Part shown: piece by piece, positions 48,647 through 58,281 of the stretch
How positions within the stretch are numbered: the first letter of the stretch is position 1
How the letters are laid out: each line of letters opens with the position of its first letter
NCBI GenBank assembly: GCA_045805725.1
Contig: JBJMKQ010000069.1
Coordinates: 8,813 to 72,812 of the forward strand
Reading direction: 5' to 3'
Source: Solirubrobacterales bacterium
GTDB taxonomy: Bacteria > Actinomycetota > Thermoleophilia > Solirubrobacterales > 70-9
DNA length: 64,000 nucleotides
Notes under the pieces: generated by a model
What the model was told of the DNA's origin: nothing
Seen by the model: the letters and a program-made list of their open reading frames with translations, nothing else
Databases searched by the model: none
Translations under genes and position numbers: made by a program

Positions 48647-48736
48647 GGAGTCCAGGATGGCACCGGGCTGTGACCGGTGCCTAAACGATCTTCAAATTTT
48701 TTCTAAATTAGCCGACGCGCCCGCGGCTGGTTTGCC

Positions 48737-48755
48737 GCCGCGGCCCCGCCGCGGC
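48737..48755 (-). terminator. GC hairpin immediately after the trpC stop
   Basis: GCCGCGGC-CCC-GCCGCGGC, an 8-bp stem adjacent to the stop at 48756. It is followed on the minus strand by an unusually AT-rich stretch (48681-48712) and a second hairpin GGCACCGG/CCGGTGCC (48659-48681) in the htrA leader. Confidence 0.3.
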
Positions 48756-49556
48756 TCAGATCAGGTGCTCACGGGTGCCTTCGTCGGTCCCGGCCAGCTC
48801 GCGCGCCTTGGCCTCGGGATCCTCGGCCGCCATCAGCGCCCCACCGATCAGGACCGCGTCCACCCCGACCCGATCCAGTTCCTCCAGCTCACCTCGACCG
48901 GAGATTCCGCTCTCCGCCACCACGGTCTTGCCCGCGGGCACGTCGGGCATCAGCTCGAAGGTGGTCGCGAGGTCGACGCTCATGTCGTCGAGGTTGCGGT
49001 TGTTGATCCCGATCACCTCGGCTCCCGCCTCCAGCGCCCGTTCCAGCTCCTCGGCGTCGTGGACCTCGATCAGGCAGTCGAGGTCGATTGAGCGGGCCTC
49101 CTCGCGCAGAGCGCGCAGATCCCGGTCGTCGAGGGCGGCGGCGATCAGCAGCACCGCGTCGGCGCCGTTGGTCGCCGCCTCGTAGAGCTGGTAGGGGTCG
49201 ACGATGAAGTCCTTGCGGATGATCGGCATCCCACAGGCGGCGCGGGCGGCGCGCAGATCGGCCAGCGAGCCGCCGAAGTGGGGTTGGTCGGTGAGAATCG
49301 AGAGGGCGGCCGCGCCCCCGCGCTCGTAGGCGGCAACCTGGGCGGCAAGGTCGATTCCCTCCGGGGCGAGGGGCCCGGCGCTTGGCGAGCGGCGCTTGAA
49401 CTCGGCGATCAGCGAGAGGCCCGGCCGGGTCAGCGCCTCGTTGAAGGGGCGATCCTCCCTCGGAGCCGAGAGCCGGACTTCGAGCTCGCCTTGAGCGATC
49501 TCGGCGCGGCGCGCCTCGACCCCTTCCCGGGCCCCCGCGATGAGCTGGTCCATCAT
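48756..49556 (-). CDS. trpC: indole-3-glycerol phosphate synthase
   Basis: Trimmed to ATG 49556. LIAEFKRRSPS and IIRKDFIVDPYQ motifs. Confidence 0.9.
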   Translation of the reverse strand: MMDQLIAGAREGVEARRAEIAQGELEVRLSAPREDRPFNEALTRPGLSLIAEFKRRSPSAGPLAPEGIDLAAQVAAYERGGAAALSILTDQPHFGGSLADLRAARAACGMPIIRKDFIVDPYQLYEAATNGADAVLLIAAALDDRDLRALREEARSIDLDCLIEVHDAEELERALEAGAEVIGINNRNLDDMSVDLATTFELMPDVPAGKTVVAESGISGRGELEELDRVGVDAVLIGGALMAAEDPEAKARELAGTDEGTREHLI

Positions 49557-49596
49557 TCCCACGGTGAAGGCCCAGAGCCTAGACGACCCAACCGTC

Positions 49597-50625
49597 CTAG
49601 ACGCCGGGCGCGGCCGTTGCCGCAACCAGTCGCTCCAGCACGCTGGCCGCCGCACCGGAATCAATCGCCTCCACCGCCCTGGCAACCCCCTCGGCGAGGT
49701 CGGCGGCGAGGCCGCCGACGTAGATCGCCGCGCCGGCGTTGAGCGCGACCAGGTCGCGGCGGGGTCCCGGCTCGCCCGCCAGCACCGCGCGGCTGACCGC
49801 GGCGTTGTCCTCCGGGGTGCCGCCGGCCACGCTCTCGAGGCGGGCTGGAGCGAGGCCGAACCGGCCCGGCTCCACGAACCACTCGGTCGTGCGGCCGTCG
49901 ACCACCTCGATCACCCGGCTGGGCGAGGCCAGCGATAGCTCGTCGAGCCCGTCCTCGGCCGAGACGACCAGGGCGCGGACGCTGCCGAGGCTGACCAGAG
50001 CCTCGGCAATCGTCTCCTGGTAGTGGCGGTCAGCGACGCCCAACAGCTGGCGGTCGGTACCGGCGGGATTCGTGAGCGGCCCGAGGAAGTTGAAGATCGT
50101 CCGCGCGCCGAGAGCTTTGCGCGCCGGCACCACGTGCGCCATCGCCGCGTGGTGCCTGGGCGCGAACATGAAGCCGAAGCCGACCTCGTCGATGCACTGG
50201 CCCACCTGCTCGGGCTCGATCTCGACGTTGACCCCCAGCGCCTCGAGCAGGTCGGCGGAGCCGCTCCTGCTGGTGTTCGAGCGGTTGCCGTGCTTGGCGA
50301 TCGCGCAGCCGGCTCCGGCGGCGACCAGCGCCGCGGTCGTCGAGACGTTGAAGGTCGACGGACCGCCGCCGGTGCCGCAGGTATCGACCAGGTCGTGGCG
50401 CCTGGTGGCGACCGGCGTCGCCAGCGCGCGCATCGTCCGCGCCAGGCCGACCAGCTCCGGCACCGTCTCCCCCTTCGCCCGCAGGGCGATCAGGAAGGCG
50501 CCGGTCTGGATCGGGTCGGCTCGCCCCTCCATGATCTCGCTGAGGACGGCGGAGGCGTGGTCGGCGGTGAGGTGGTCGCCGGCGCAGACGGCGTCGATCG
50601 CGCGGCTGACTACGTCGTTAGGCAT
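49597..50625 (-). CDS. trpD: anthranilate phosphoribosyltransferase
   Basis: 342 aa. DTCGTGGGPSTFNVSTTAA and AKHGNRS motifs. Confidence 0.95.
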   Translation of the reverse strand: MPNDVVSRAIDAVCAGDHLTADHASAVLSEIMEGRADPIQTGAFLIALRAKGETVPELVGLARTMRALATPVATRRHDLVDTCGTGGGPSTFNVSTTAALVAAGAGCAIAKHGNRSNTSRSGSADLLEALGVNVEIEPEQVGQCIDEVGFGFMFAPRHHAAMAHVVPARKALGARTIFNFLGPLTNPAGTDRQLLGVADRHYQETIAEALVSLGSVRALVVSAEDGLDELSLASPSRVIEVVDGRTTEWFVEPGRFGLAPARLESVAGGTPEDNAAVSRAVLAGEPGPRRDLVALNAGAAIYVGGLAADLAEGVARAVEAIDSGAAASVLERLVAATAAPGV

Positions 50626-51238
50626 CGGTCGGGCCTCCCGATGGAAGTTTGTCGTCTGTATCCGGGGACAGATGCGTTCGCTCGCCGATGAAGTTGGCCA
50701 GGAGGTGCTTGCCCTGCGGGGTCAGGACCGACTCCGGGTGGAACTGGACGCCCTCGATCGGCAGCTCCCGGTGCCGAGCGCCCATCACCACGTCGCCAAG
50801 GCTCGCGGTCAGCTCCAGCTCCTCGGGCAGATCGGGATGGGCGATCAGCGAGTGATAGCGGCCGGCGACCATCGGGCTCGGCAGCCCGGCGTAGATCGAC
50901 CTGCCGTCGTGCTCGACCTCCCCCTCCTTGCCGTGGATCGGCTCGCCCTGGACGACGCGGCCACCGAAGGCCTCGACCATCGCCTGGTGGCCGAGGCAGA
51001 CGCCGAGCACCGGCGTCCCCGCTTCGCCGAAGGCGCGGATCGCCGCGCCGGAGATCCCCGCCTCGGCCGGCGTGCAGGGGCCGGGAGAGACGACCAGCCG
51101 GTCGGGCTGACGCGCCAGCAGCTCCTCGACCGTGGCCTTGTCGTTGCGCGCGACCTCCACCTCCGCCCCCAGCTCGCCCAGGTACTGGACGAGGTTGTAG
51201 GTGAAGGAGTCGTAGTTGTCGATCACCAGCACGCGCAT
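50618..51238 (-). CDS. trpG: anthranilate synthase component II (glutamine amidotransferase)
   Basis: 206 aa. MRVLVIDNYDSFTYNLVQYL, GVCLGHQ and FHPES motifs. Confidence 0.95.
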   Translation of the reverse strand: MRVLVIDNYDSFTYNLVQYLGELGAEVEVARNDKATVEELLARQPDRLVVSPGPCTPAEAGISGAAIRAFGEAGTPVLGVCLGHQAMVEAFGGRVVQGEPIHGKEGEVEHDGRSIYAGLPSPMVAGRYHSLIAHPDLPEELELTASLGDVVMGARHRELPIEGVQFHPESVLTPQGKHLLANFIGERTHLSPDTDDKLPSGGPTDA

Positions 51239-51255
51239 CGGTGGAGTCTGCCCGC

Positions 51256-52794
51256 TCAGGCCCAGTCGGGCTGTTCGCAGGCGACCTCGACGGCGCGGAA
51301 GACGGCTCGCGCCTTGTTGACCGACTCCCAGTACTCGGCTTCGGGCTTGGCTTCGGCAACCGTTCCGCCGCCAGCCTGCACATGCAGCCGACCGTCCTTG
51401 ACGACGACGGTGCGGATGTGAACCGCGGTGTCGAGGTCGCCGTTCCAGGAGAGGTAGCCGACCGCGCCCCCGTAACCGCCCCGCTTCACCTTCTCCAGCT
51501 CGTCGATGATTTGCATCGCCCGCACCTTCGGCGCCCCCGAGAGCGTTCCCACGGGCAACACCGAACGCAATACATCCATCGCGGTGACCCCCTCACGCAG
51601 CTGTCCCGAAACCTGGCTGACGATGTGGAGGACGTGCGAGTACGTCTCGACCACCATCAGCTCGTCGACCGCGACGCTGCCGTACTCGCAGACGCGGCCG
51701 AGGTCGTTGCGGCCGAGGTCGACCAGCATCACGTGCTCTGCCCGCTCCTTGGGGTCGTTGATCAGGCGCTCGGCGAGGCGGCGATCGTCCTCCTCATTCT
51801 TCCCACGCGGCGAGGTGCCGGCGATCGGCCGGGCCGAGACGCGATTGCCCTCGACCGTGACCAGCGGCTCGGGCGAGGCGCCGGCGATCTGGAAGTCGCC
51901 GAACTCGAGGAAGTACATGTACGGGGAGGGATTGACCGCGCGCAGCCCGCGGTAGACGGAGAAGGGCTCGACCGTGGCCGGCGCCGAGAACCGCTGCGAG
52001 GGCACGACCTGGAAGGCGTCGCCGGCGTGGACGTATTCGACGATCCGCGCCACCGCGGCTTCGAACTCGCCCCGCTCGACATTCGACGTGAAGCGCGGCG
52101 GCTCGCTCACCGTCGGGCGCGCGGGCACCGGCACCGCCCCCCGCAGGCGCTCCCGCATCTCGGCGATTGTCGCCGCGGCTCGCTCGTAGGCTGCGTCGAT
52201 CCCCTCCCCCTCCCCGACGAAGGCGCAGGCGAGGATCGTCAGCTCGTGGCGGAGGTGGTCGAAGACCACCATCGCGTCGGTCACCATCAGCGCCAGATCC
52301 GGGAGACCGAGCGGGTCCGGATTCGGCTCGCCGAGTGGCTCAACCGCGCGCACCAGGTCGTAGGCGAAGAAGCCGACGGCGCCGCCGGCGAATGGCGGCA
52401 GCCCCTCGACCGGCGCCGGGCGGTACTCGCGCAGCCGCGCCGCCACCGCCGCGTAGGGGTCGGGCGCGGGTTCGGCCCGGGCGGCGGGCTCGGCGGCGGC
52501 GACGGCGTCGCCGCTCCACTCCGAGAGAACCCCGTCGCTCCAGCGCAGCAGCGCCCGCGGCCGCAACCCGACGAAGGAGTAGCGGCCGACCTGGCCCTGC
52601 TCGGCCGACTCGAGCAGGAAGCAGGGCGCCCCCTCCGGCTCGCCGGCTCGCAGCTTGAGGAAGGCCGAGACCGGCGTCTCGCAGTCGTCGACGAGGCGGG
52701 CGCGGACCGGCACCACGTTGCCCTCGCGGGCGAGCTCGCGCGCCTTCTCCAGGCCCGGCTCCAGCTCCACCTCGAAGTCAGCCGCTACGGGCAT
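51256..52794 (-). CDS. trpE: anthranilate synthase component I
   Basis: 512 aa with a chorismate-binding C-terminal domain (GAPKVRAMQIIDELE). Confidence 0.95.
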   Translation of the reverse strand: MPVAADFEVELEPGLEKARELAREGNVVPVRARLVDDCETPVSAFLKLRAGEPEGAPCFLLESAEQGQVGRYSFVGLRPRALLRWSDGVLSEWSGDAVAAAEPAARAEPAPDPYAAVAARLREYRPAPVEGLPPFAGGAVGFFAYDLVRAVEPLGEPNPDPLGLPDLALMVTDAMVVFDHLRHELTILACAFVGEGEGIDAAYERAAATIAEMRERLRGAVPVPARPTVSEPPRFTSNVERGEFEAAVARIVEYVHAGDAFQVVPSQRFSAPATVEPFSVYRGLRAVNPSPYMYFLEFGDFQIAGASPEPLVTVEGNRVSARPIAGTSPRGKNEEDDRRLAERLINDPKERAEHVMLVDLGRNDLGRVCEYGSVAVDELMVVETYSHVLHIVSQVSGQLREGVTAMDVLRSVLPVGTLSGAPKVRAMQIIDELEKVKRGGYGGAVGYLSWNGDLDTAVHIRTVVVKDGRLHVQAGGGTVAEAKPEAEYWESVNKARAVFRAVEVACEQPDWA

Positions 52795-53425
52795 TCAGCA
52801 CCTCCATCACCTTCGCCTGCGAGACCCCGCGGGAGGCCAGCAGGACGCTGAGGTGGTAAAGGACGTCGGCGGCCTCTTCGGCGACCCGCTCCTCGCTCTC
52901 CTCGCGGGCGGCGCGGACCACCTCCTCGGCCTCCTCCTCGACCTTCGCGCCGATCAGCTCGCGGTCGTCGAGGAGCGCCACGGTGTAGCTGCCGTCGGGG
53001 CGCTGCAGGGCGCGGTGGCGGATCGTCCGCTCCAGCGCCGGCAGGGCTTCGTAGGTCACCGGGAACGGCTCCCCCGGCGCCGGCGGCGCGTCCTTGCGCG
53101 GCGAGGCCGAGCCGAGCACCTCGCGGTAGAAGCAGCTGCGCTCGCCGGTATGGCAGGCGGGGCCCGCCGGGTCGACCAGGGCGACCAGTGCGTCGCCGTC
53201 GCAGTCGTAGCGGAGCTGGCGCAGGTGCATGAAGTTCCCGGAGGTTTCGCCCTTCTTCCAGATTTCGTCCCGCGAGCGGCTGTGGAAATGGAGGTCGCCG
53301 GTCTCGAGCGTCATTTCCAGCGATTGCGGGGTCATGTAGGCGAGCATCAGCACCTCGCCGCCGGCGAAGTCCTGGACGATGCAGGGCACCAGGCCCCGCT
53401 GGTCGAATTCGATTTCGGGAAACAT
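52778..53425 (-). CDS. hisIE: bifunctional phosphoribosyl-AMP cyclohydrolase / phosphoribosyl-ATP pyrophosphatase
   Basis: Trimmed to ATG 53425. GLVPCIVQD...LAYM...SRSRDEIWKKGETSGN (HisI) followed by a HisE helical half. Its 3' end overlaps the trpE start by 17 nt. Confidence 0.9.
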   Translation of the reverse strand: MFPEIEFDQRGLVPCIVQDFAGGEVLMLAYMTPQSLEMTLETGDLHFHSRSRDEIWKKGETSGNFMHLRQLRYDCDGDALVALVDPAGPACHTGERSCFYREVLGSASPRKDAPPAPGEPFPVTYEALPALERTIRHRALQRPDGSYTVALLDDRELIGAKVEEEAEEVVRAAREESEERVAEEAADVLYHLSVLLASRGVSQAKVMEVLNARSG

Positions 53426-53462
53426 CCGTGGAATCGTAAACGCCGCCCGCCGGGAGCCTGCT

Positions 53463-54356
53463 CTACTCGATGCCGAGGCGGTCGAGCAGGTCCTCGTCGC
53501 GACGCCAGTGCCTGCGCACCCGGACCTGGAGGTCGAGAAAGACGCGGCGGCCGAGCTCACCCTCCAGTGAGCGGCGCGCGGCGGTGCCGATCTCGCCGAT
53601 CTTCGTGCCGGCCCTGCCGATCAGGATCCGCTTCTGGGACTCGGTCTCGGCCCAGACCTCGGCCCTGACGGCGACGAGATCGTCCTCGCGCGGCTCGACC
53701 TCCAGCACCGAGACCTCGACAGAGTGCGGGATCTCCTGCCGGGTCCGGTTCAGCACCTGCTCGCGGATCAGCTCGGCCAGCAGGAGCTCGCTCGACTGGT
53801 CGCTGCTGTCCTCGGGCGGGTAGAGGTAGGGACCCTCCGGAACCAGCTCGCCGAGCCGCTCGAGCAGAGGCTGGAGGCCCTCGCCGCTGCGGGCGCTGAT
53901 CGGGAAGACCTCGTCCACCCCCTCCAGCTCCGCGGCCGCGGCGAGGACCGGCACCAGCTCGTTGGGGCCGAGGCGGTCGGCCTTGTTGACGGCGCAGATC
54001 ACCGGCAGATCGGTGCCGGCGCCGAGCAGCGCCCTGACGATGAAGCGGTCGCCGGGGCCGACCCCCTCCTCGCCGTTGACGACGAAGAGGACGACGTCGG
54101 AATCGGCCAGCTCGCGCTCGACCCGACCCTGCATCCGCTGGGTGAGGACGTCGCGCGGGCGCTGCACGCCGGGCAGGTCGACGAGGATCAGCTGGCGCTC
54201 CTGCTCGAGATCGGTGGCGACTCCGCGGATCGCCCGGCGGGTCGTCTGCGGCCGGCTGGAGACGATCGCGACGTGGGAGCCGACGATCGCGTTGACCAGC
54301 GTCGACTTGCCGACGTTGGGCCGGCCGGCCAGCCCGACGAAGCCGGAGCGGCTCAT
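53463..54356 (-). CDS. era: GTPase Era
   Basis: Trimmed to ATG 54356 (ATGA overlap with ybeY). GFVGLAGRPNVGKSTL, DLPG, NKAD and a C-terminal KH domain. Confidence 0.95.
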   Translation of the reverse strand: MSRSGFVGLAGRPNVGKSTLVNAIVGSHVAIVSSRPQTTRRAIRGVATDLEQERQLILVDLPGVQRPRDVLTQRMQGRVERELADSDVVLFVVNGEEGVGPGDRFIVRALLGAGTDLPVICAVNKADRLGPNELVPVLAAAAELEGVDEVFPISARSGEGLQPLLERLGELVPEGPYLYPPEDSSDQSSELLLAELIREQVLNRTRQEIPHSVEVSVLEVEPREDDLVAVRAEVWAETESQKRILIGRAGTKIGEIGTAARRSLEGELGRRVFLDLQVRVRRHWRRDEDLLDRLGIE

Positions 54357-54718
54357 CGCAGCCCCGCGAGCACGCGCGCCTGCAGGGCCAGCATCTCGCC
54401 GGCGTCGGTCTCGTGATCGTGGCCGCAGAGGTGCAGGACGCCGTGGACGGCGGCCTCGGTGACGTCCGCGCAACGCGGCGGGCAGATCGCGACGTCGCCG
54501 AGCTCGCGCGGCCCGGCTACCGGGGCGAGTTCGTCGATCGGGAAGGCGAGCACGTCGGTCGGCGCGTCCTTGCCGCGGTGATCCCGGTTGAGCTCGCGGA
54601 TGCGGCCCTCGTCGACGATCTCCACCGCGAGGTGGCCCTCCTCGACGCCGGCGGACTGCAGCGCGAAGGCCACGGCGCTGCGCAGCTCGGCTGGAACGTC
54701 GCTCAGGTCGACCGTCAC
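54353..54718 (-). CDS. ybeY: rRNA maturation endoribonuclease YbeY
   Basis: 121 aa, HGVLHLCGHDH zinc motif. Confidence 0.9.
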   Translation of the reverse strand: MTVDLSDVPAELRSAVAFALQSAGVEEGHLAVEIVDEGRIRELNRDHRGKDAPTDVLAFPIDELAPVAGPRELGDVAICPPRCADVTEAAVHGVLHLCGHDHETDAGEMLALQARVLAGLR

Positions 54719-55704
54719 GAACGCGGCGTGGGTCCGTGTTCGGCCTGGGCACCGCGCTCGCGGGCGCCGGCGTCGTGGGCGTCGTAGGCGGCGACGATTC
54801 GCTGGACGAGCTTGTGGCGGACGACGTCCTCGCCGCCGAAGCGGATGAAGGAGATGTCCTGGACATCGCTGAGGATGTCGCTGACGGCGATCAGCCCGGA
54901 CCGCTGGTCGGTCGGCAGGTCGATCTGGGTGACGTCCCCGGTGACGACCATCCGCGAGTTGAAGCCGAGCCGGGTGAGGAACATCTTCATCTGCTCGGGG
55001 CTGGTGTTCTGCGCCTCGTCCAGAATTACGAAAGAATCGTTAAGTGAACGGCCCCTCATAAAGGCGAGCGGCGCGACCTCGATCACGTTGCGTTCCAGGT
55101 AGCCGTTCACGCGGTCCGGGTCGAGCATGTCGAAGAGCGCGTCGAATAGCGGCCGCAGGTAGGGATCGACCTTGGCCTGAATGTCGCCGGGGAGGAAGCC
55201 GAGCCGCTCGCCCGCCTCGACCGCCGGCCGGGTGAGGATGATCCGCTGCACCTTGCGTTCGGTCAGCGCCGCGGCGGCCATCGCCACCGCGAGGAAGGTC
55301 TTGCCGGTGCCGGCAGGGCCGATCCCGAAGGTGACCGTGTGCCGGCGGATCGAGTCGACATAGCGCTTCTGGTTCAGGGTCTTCGGCGCCACCTTGGTGT
55401 TGCGGTGGCGCCAGACCACGTCATCGAGGATCTCGGCCGGGTCCTCGTCGGCGTCGAGGGCGCCGGTGACCGCTTCGATCGTGCCGGGGACGACCTCGTG
55501 CCCCTGCTCGATCAGCTCGACCATCTCGTCGACCAGGGTCGCCGCGACGGCGACGTCGTTGGCATCGCCCTCGAGGGTCAGCACATTGCCGCGCAGGTGA
55601 ACGTCGGCCTCGAGTCGTCCGCGCAGGGCGTGCAGCACGTTGTCCTCGGAGCCGGCCAGCTCGGCGGCGACGTTGTTGTCGAGGGTCAGCTGCCTGCGGG
55701 CCAA
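54715..55704 (-). CDS. phoH: PhoH-family ATPase (YbeZ-like)
   Basis: 329 aa. [13 protein letters not shown] Walker A and the typical PhoH C-terminus. Confidence 0.9.
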   Translation of the reverse strand: MARRQLTLDNNVAAELAGSEDNVLHALRGRLEADVHLRGNVLTLEGDANDVAVAATLVDEMVELIEQGHEVVPGTIEAVTGALDADEDPAEILDDVVWRHRNTKVAPKTLNQKRYVDSIRRHTVTFGIGPAGTGKTFLAVAMAAAALTERKVQRIILTRPAVEAGERLGFLPGDIQAKVDPYLRPLFDALFDMLDPDRVNGYLERNVIEVAPLAFMRGRSLNDSFVILDEAQNTSPEQMKMFLTRLGFNSRMVVTGDVTQIDLPTDQRSGLIAVSDILSDVQDISFIRFGGEDVVRHKLVQRIVAAYDAHDAGARERGAQAEHGPTPRS

Positions 55705-55707
55705 GGC

Positions 55708-56139
55708 TCAGGCACCCAGCTTCTCTCGCACCGCGGCGCTGACCCGCTTGCCGTCCGCGCGGCCGCCGACCTTCGGCATCAGCGCCGACATCACCTGGCC
55801 CATCTGCCGCTGCTCGCTGGCGCCGGTCTCCTCGATCGCGGCCTGCACCAGCTCCGCCAGATCCTCGTCGGAGAGCTGCTGCGGCAGGTAGCCCTCGATC
55901 AGCTCCGCCTCGAAACGCTCGCTGGCCGCCTGCTCGGCGCGGCCCGCGCCCTCGTAGGCCTCCGCCGCCTCCACCCGCTTCTTGCGCTCGCGCTGCAGGA
56001 CGGCGATCTCGTCGCCCTTGCCCATCTTCGCATCCTGCTGCAGCACGTCGACGATCATCCGCAGCGCCCCGGCCCGCTCGCGGTCGCGCGCTTTCATCGC
56101 GGTTCTGACGTCGTCCTGCACCTGCTCGAGAACGGTCAT
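55708..56139 (-). CDS. GatB/YqeY domain protein
   Basis: 143 aa. DVRTAMKARD...LSDEDL...MGQVMSALMPKVGGRADGKRV. Confidence 0.85.
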   Translation of the reverse strand: MTVLEQVQDDVRTAMKARDRERAGALRMIVDVLQQDAKMGKGDEIAVLQRERKKRVEAAEAYEGAGRAEQAASERFEAELIEGYLPQQLSDEDLAELVQAAIEETGASEQRQMGQVMSALMPKVGGRADGKRVSAAVREKLGA

Positions 56140-56143
56140 GCGT

Positions 56144-56545
56144 CTAAGGGTAATCGGCGGCGTCGGGGGTTACGGCCAAGCCCTTGGAGACGAGGTGGCG
56201 CACGTCGAGGCTGACCAACTGCCAGCCGTGGCAGCGAGCTGCGGCCACGTAGGCGGCGTCATAAGCCGTGAGGCGGTGCTGGCTCATCAAATCCAGCCCA
56301 TGTTCGAACAGGGTCGCGTCCGCCTGTAGCGGCGGACGGGAAGACCCGCGGAAGAGGCCCTGCACCAGCCTCCGGGCCACATCGAGCTCCCCGTAGTTCC
56401 TGGCAACCACATTTGCCACCTCGTAGAGGGTGAGGTCAAGCACCATCAGCGGCGGCCCCACCCGCAAAAACCGCTCCACTTGCACGTGCTGCGGATGCTG
56501 CGGCATTACGGCGGCCACCCAGACGCTGGAGTCGACGAGGAACAA
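56144..56545 (-). CDS. vapC: type II toxin, PIN-domain ribonuclease VapC
   Basis: 133 aa with acidic residues in PIN spacing (LVDSS, YEVAN, AYDAAY, SLDVRH). Confidence 0.8.
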   Translation of the reverse strand: MFLVDSSVWVAAVMPQHPQHVQVERFLRVGPPLMVLDLTLYEVANVVARNYGELDVARRLVQGLFRGSSRPPLQADATLFEHGLDLMSQHRLTAYDAAYVAAARCHGWQLVSLDVRHLVSKGLAVTPDAADYP

Positions 56546-56546
56546 G

Positions 56547-56795
56547 TCAGTGAGATTCCCGGTCTTCCCGGATCAGCCGGGCCACGTCCATTAGGTCGGG
56601 CCTATCGGCCGGAACCTCGATCCGGACCTCATCCAGGAGCCGGTTGATCTCCTCCCGCCGGCGCTGCTCGCCGGCCTCCACCTCGCGCTCGGCGAGGCGC
56701 TGGAGAAACCCGCTCCGGCTCTCACCGTTCGCCTTCGCGCGGGCATCCAGCCGCTCCAGCAGTTGATCGGGAATGGAGATCATCACCTTGGCCAC
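56547..56795 (-). CDS. vapB: type II antitoxin, ribbon-helix-helix (CopG/VapB-like)
   Basis: (V)AKVMISIPDQLLERLDARAKANGESRSGFLQRLAERE is an RHH fold. Start is GTG 56795 or ATG 56783. Its stop lies 1 nt before the vapC start. Confidence 0.7.
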   Translation of the reverse strand: MAKVMISIPDQLLERLDARAKANGESRSGFLQRLAEREVEAGEQRRREEINRLLDEVRIEVPADRPDLMDVARLIREDRESH

Positions 56796-56918
56796 AGGGT
56801 GAGTATATACGGTATTGCCAAAGGTCGTTATCGTGGGCATGGGAGCAGCGTGAAGGACCAAGGCGCGCGCGCGCTGCGCAGGATGAAAAAATTCCGCGCC
56901 GGGTTTCACGCGGAACTG

Positions 56919-57746
56919 TCAATCCGGATCGATCTCGACCGACTCGACGTCGCCGAGGGGCATCTGCAGAAACCTGGTGCCGACCGCATGGAACGCGTCC
57001 GAGTCGCCGGTGCAGAGGAAGTCGTAGCTGCCCTCGCCCCCTGGCTCACGGCCCAAAACTGACCCCTCCAGCGTCCGCTGAACCGCCGCCGCAACTGCAT
57101 GACCGCCGCTGACCAGCCGCACGTCGCGGCCGAGGATCCGCTGCAGCATCGGCGCCACCAGCGGGTAATGCGTGCAGCCGAGGATCAGGGTGTCGACCTC
57201 GGCCGCCCTCAGTGGCGCGCAGCAGGAGCGGGCCATCGTCATCGTCTCCTCGTCGAAGAGGGCGCCGTCCTGGATGAAGGAGGCGAGCTCCGGCGCCGCC
57301 ACCTCGATCACGTCGAGGCCGCGGCCGATCGCCTCCAGCGCCCGCCGGTAGGCGCCGCTCTCGACGGTGTTGGGCGTCGCCAGGACCCCGACCCGCGCGT
57401 TGGCGGTTATCGCCGCGGCGATCTCGGCCTGCGGCTCGACCACCGGCACCACCTCCACCCCCCGCGCGGCCGCCACCTCCCGCGCCACGTCCTCGCCGAC
57501 CGAGGTGGCGGTGTTGCAGGCGATCACCAGCAGCTTGGCGCCGCGGTCCAGCAGCAGCCCGGCGATCCGGGCGATGCGCTCGCGCAGTTGCGCCGGGTCC
57601 TTGTCCCCGTAGGGGAACATCGCCGTGTCGCCGAGGTAGAGGAAGTCCTCCTGCGGCAGGGAGACCAGGCACTCGTGGAGCACGGTGAGGCCGCCCACGC
57701 CTGAGTCGAACATTCCCACCGGCTGCGCCGGACTCAGCTCTGGCAC
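56919..57746 (-). CDS. murI: glutamate racemase
   Basis: 275 aa. VGMFDSGVGGLTV, IACNTA and GCTHYP motifs. Confidence 0.9.
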   Translation of the reverse strand: MPELSPAQPVGMFDSGVGGLTVLHECLVSLPQEDFLYLGDTAMFPYGDKDPAQLRERIARIAGLLLDRGAKLLVIACNTATSVGEDVAREVAAARGVEVVPVVEPQAEIAAAITANARVGVLATPNTVESGAYRRALEAIGRGLDVIEVAAPELASFIQDGALFDEETMTMARSCCAPLRAAEVDTLILGCTHYPLVAPMLQRILGRDVRLVSGGHAVAAAVQRTLEGSVLGREPGGEGSYDFLCTGDSDAFHAVGTRFLQMPLGDVESVEIDPD

Positions 57747-57761
57747 CGCGGCGGTCAGGGG

Positions 57762-58238
57762 CTACGGCTTGACAGTCATGAAGAAGATCGTGATCACCAC
57801 GATCAGCCCGGCGATCGGGCCGACAATCCCGAGCCGGCGCGAGACCTCTTCGAACTCAGCGCTGAGCGTGTCGCCGTTCTTCAGGTCGCGTTCGGCGAGT
57901 TCCCTGGCCTTGGCCTCCTGCGGACGGAAGAAACCGTGCTGAAACCCAAGCAAAACGACGATTGCGACGAAGCCGACGGCAATGAACGCTTCACTGCTCT
58001 CCCAGGGCCCTTCCACCAGCAGATAGATGCCCGCCAGGAGGATCACCAGCAGTCCGGGCGTGATCAGGTAGCGGTCGATCTTCTGGATCCCTTCGATCAG
58101 CCCCGGCGCCGCCCGCGGGTACTTCGGCATCACGGAGAAGAGGAACCCATACCCGAAGGTGGGTCCGAAGGTCAAGACCACGGCCAGGATGTGGATGAAC
58201 AGCCCAACGCTGTAGTCGGTGATATTGGCCAGGACCAT
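57762..58238 (-). CDS. integral membrane protein (DUF2269-like)
   Basis: 158 aa with 4 TM helices. Confidence 0.6.
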   Translation of the reverse strand: MVLANITDYSVGLFIHILAVVLTFGPTFGYGFLFSVMPKYPRAAPGLIEGIQKIDRYLITPGLLVILLAGIYLLVEGPWESSEAFIAVGFVAIVVLLGFQHGFFRPQEAKARELAERDLKNGDTLSAEFEEVSRRLGIVGPIAGLIVVITIFFMTVKP

Positions 58239-58281
58239 CGGCGAGAACCCTATCTCTCAGACGCGACGGAGCAACCGAGTC

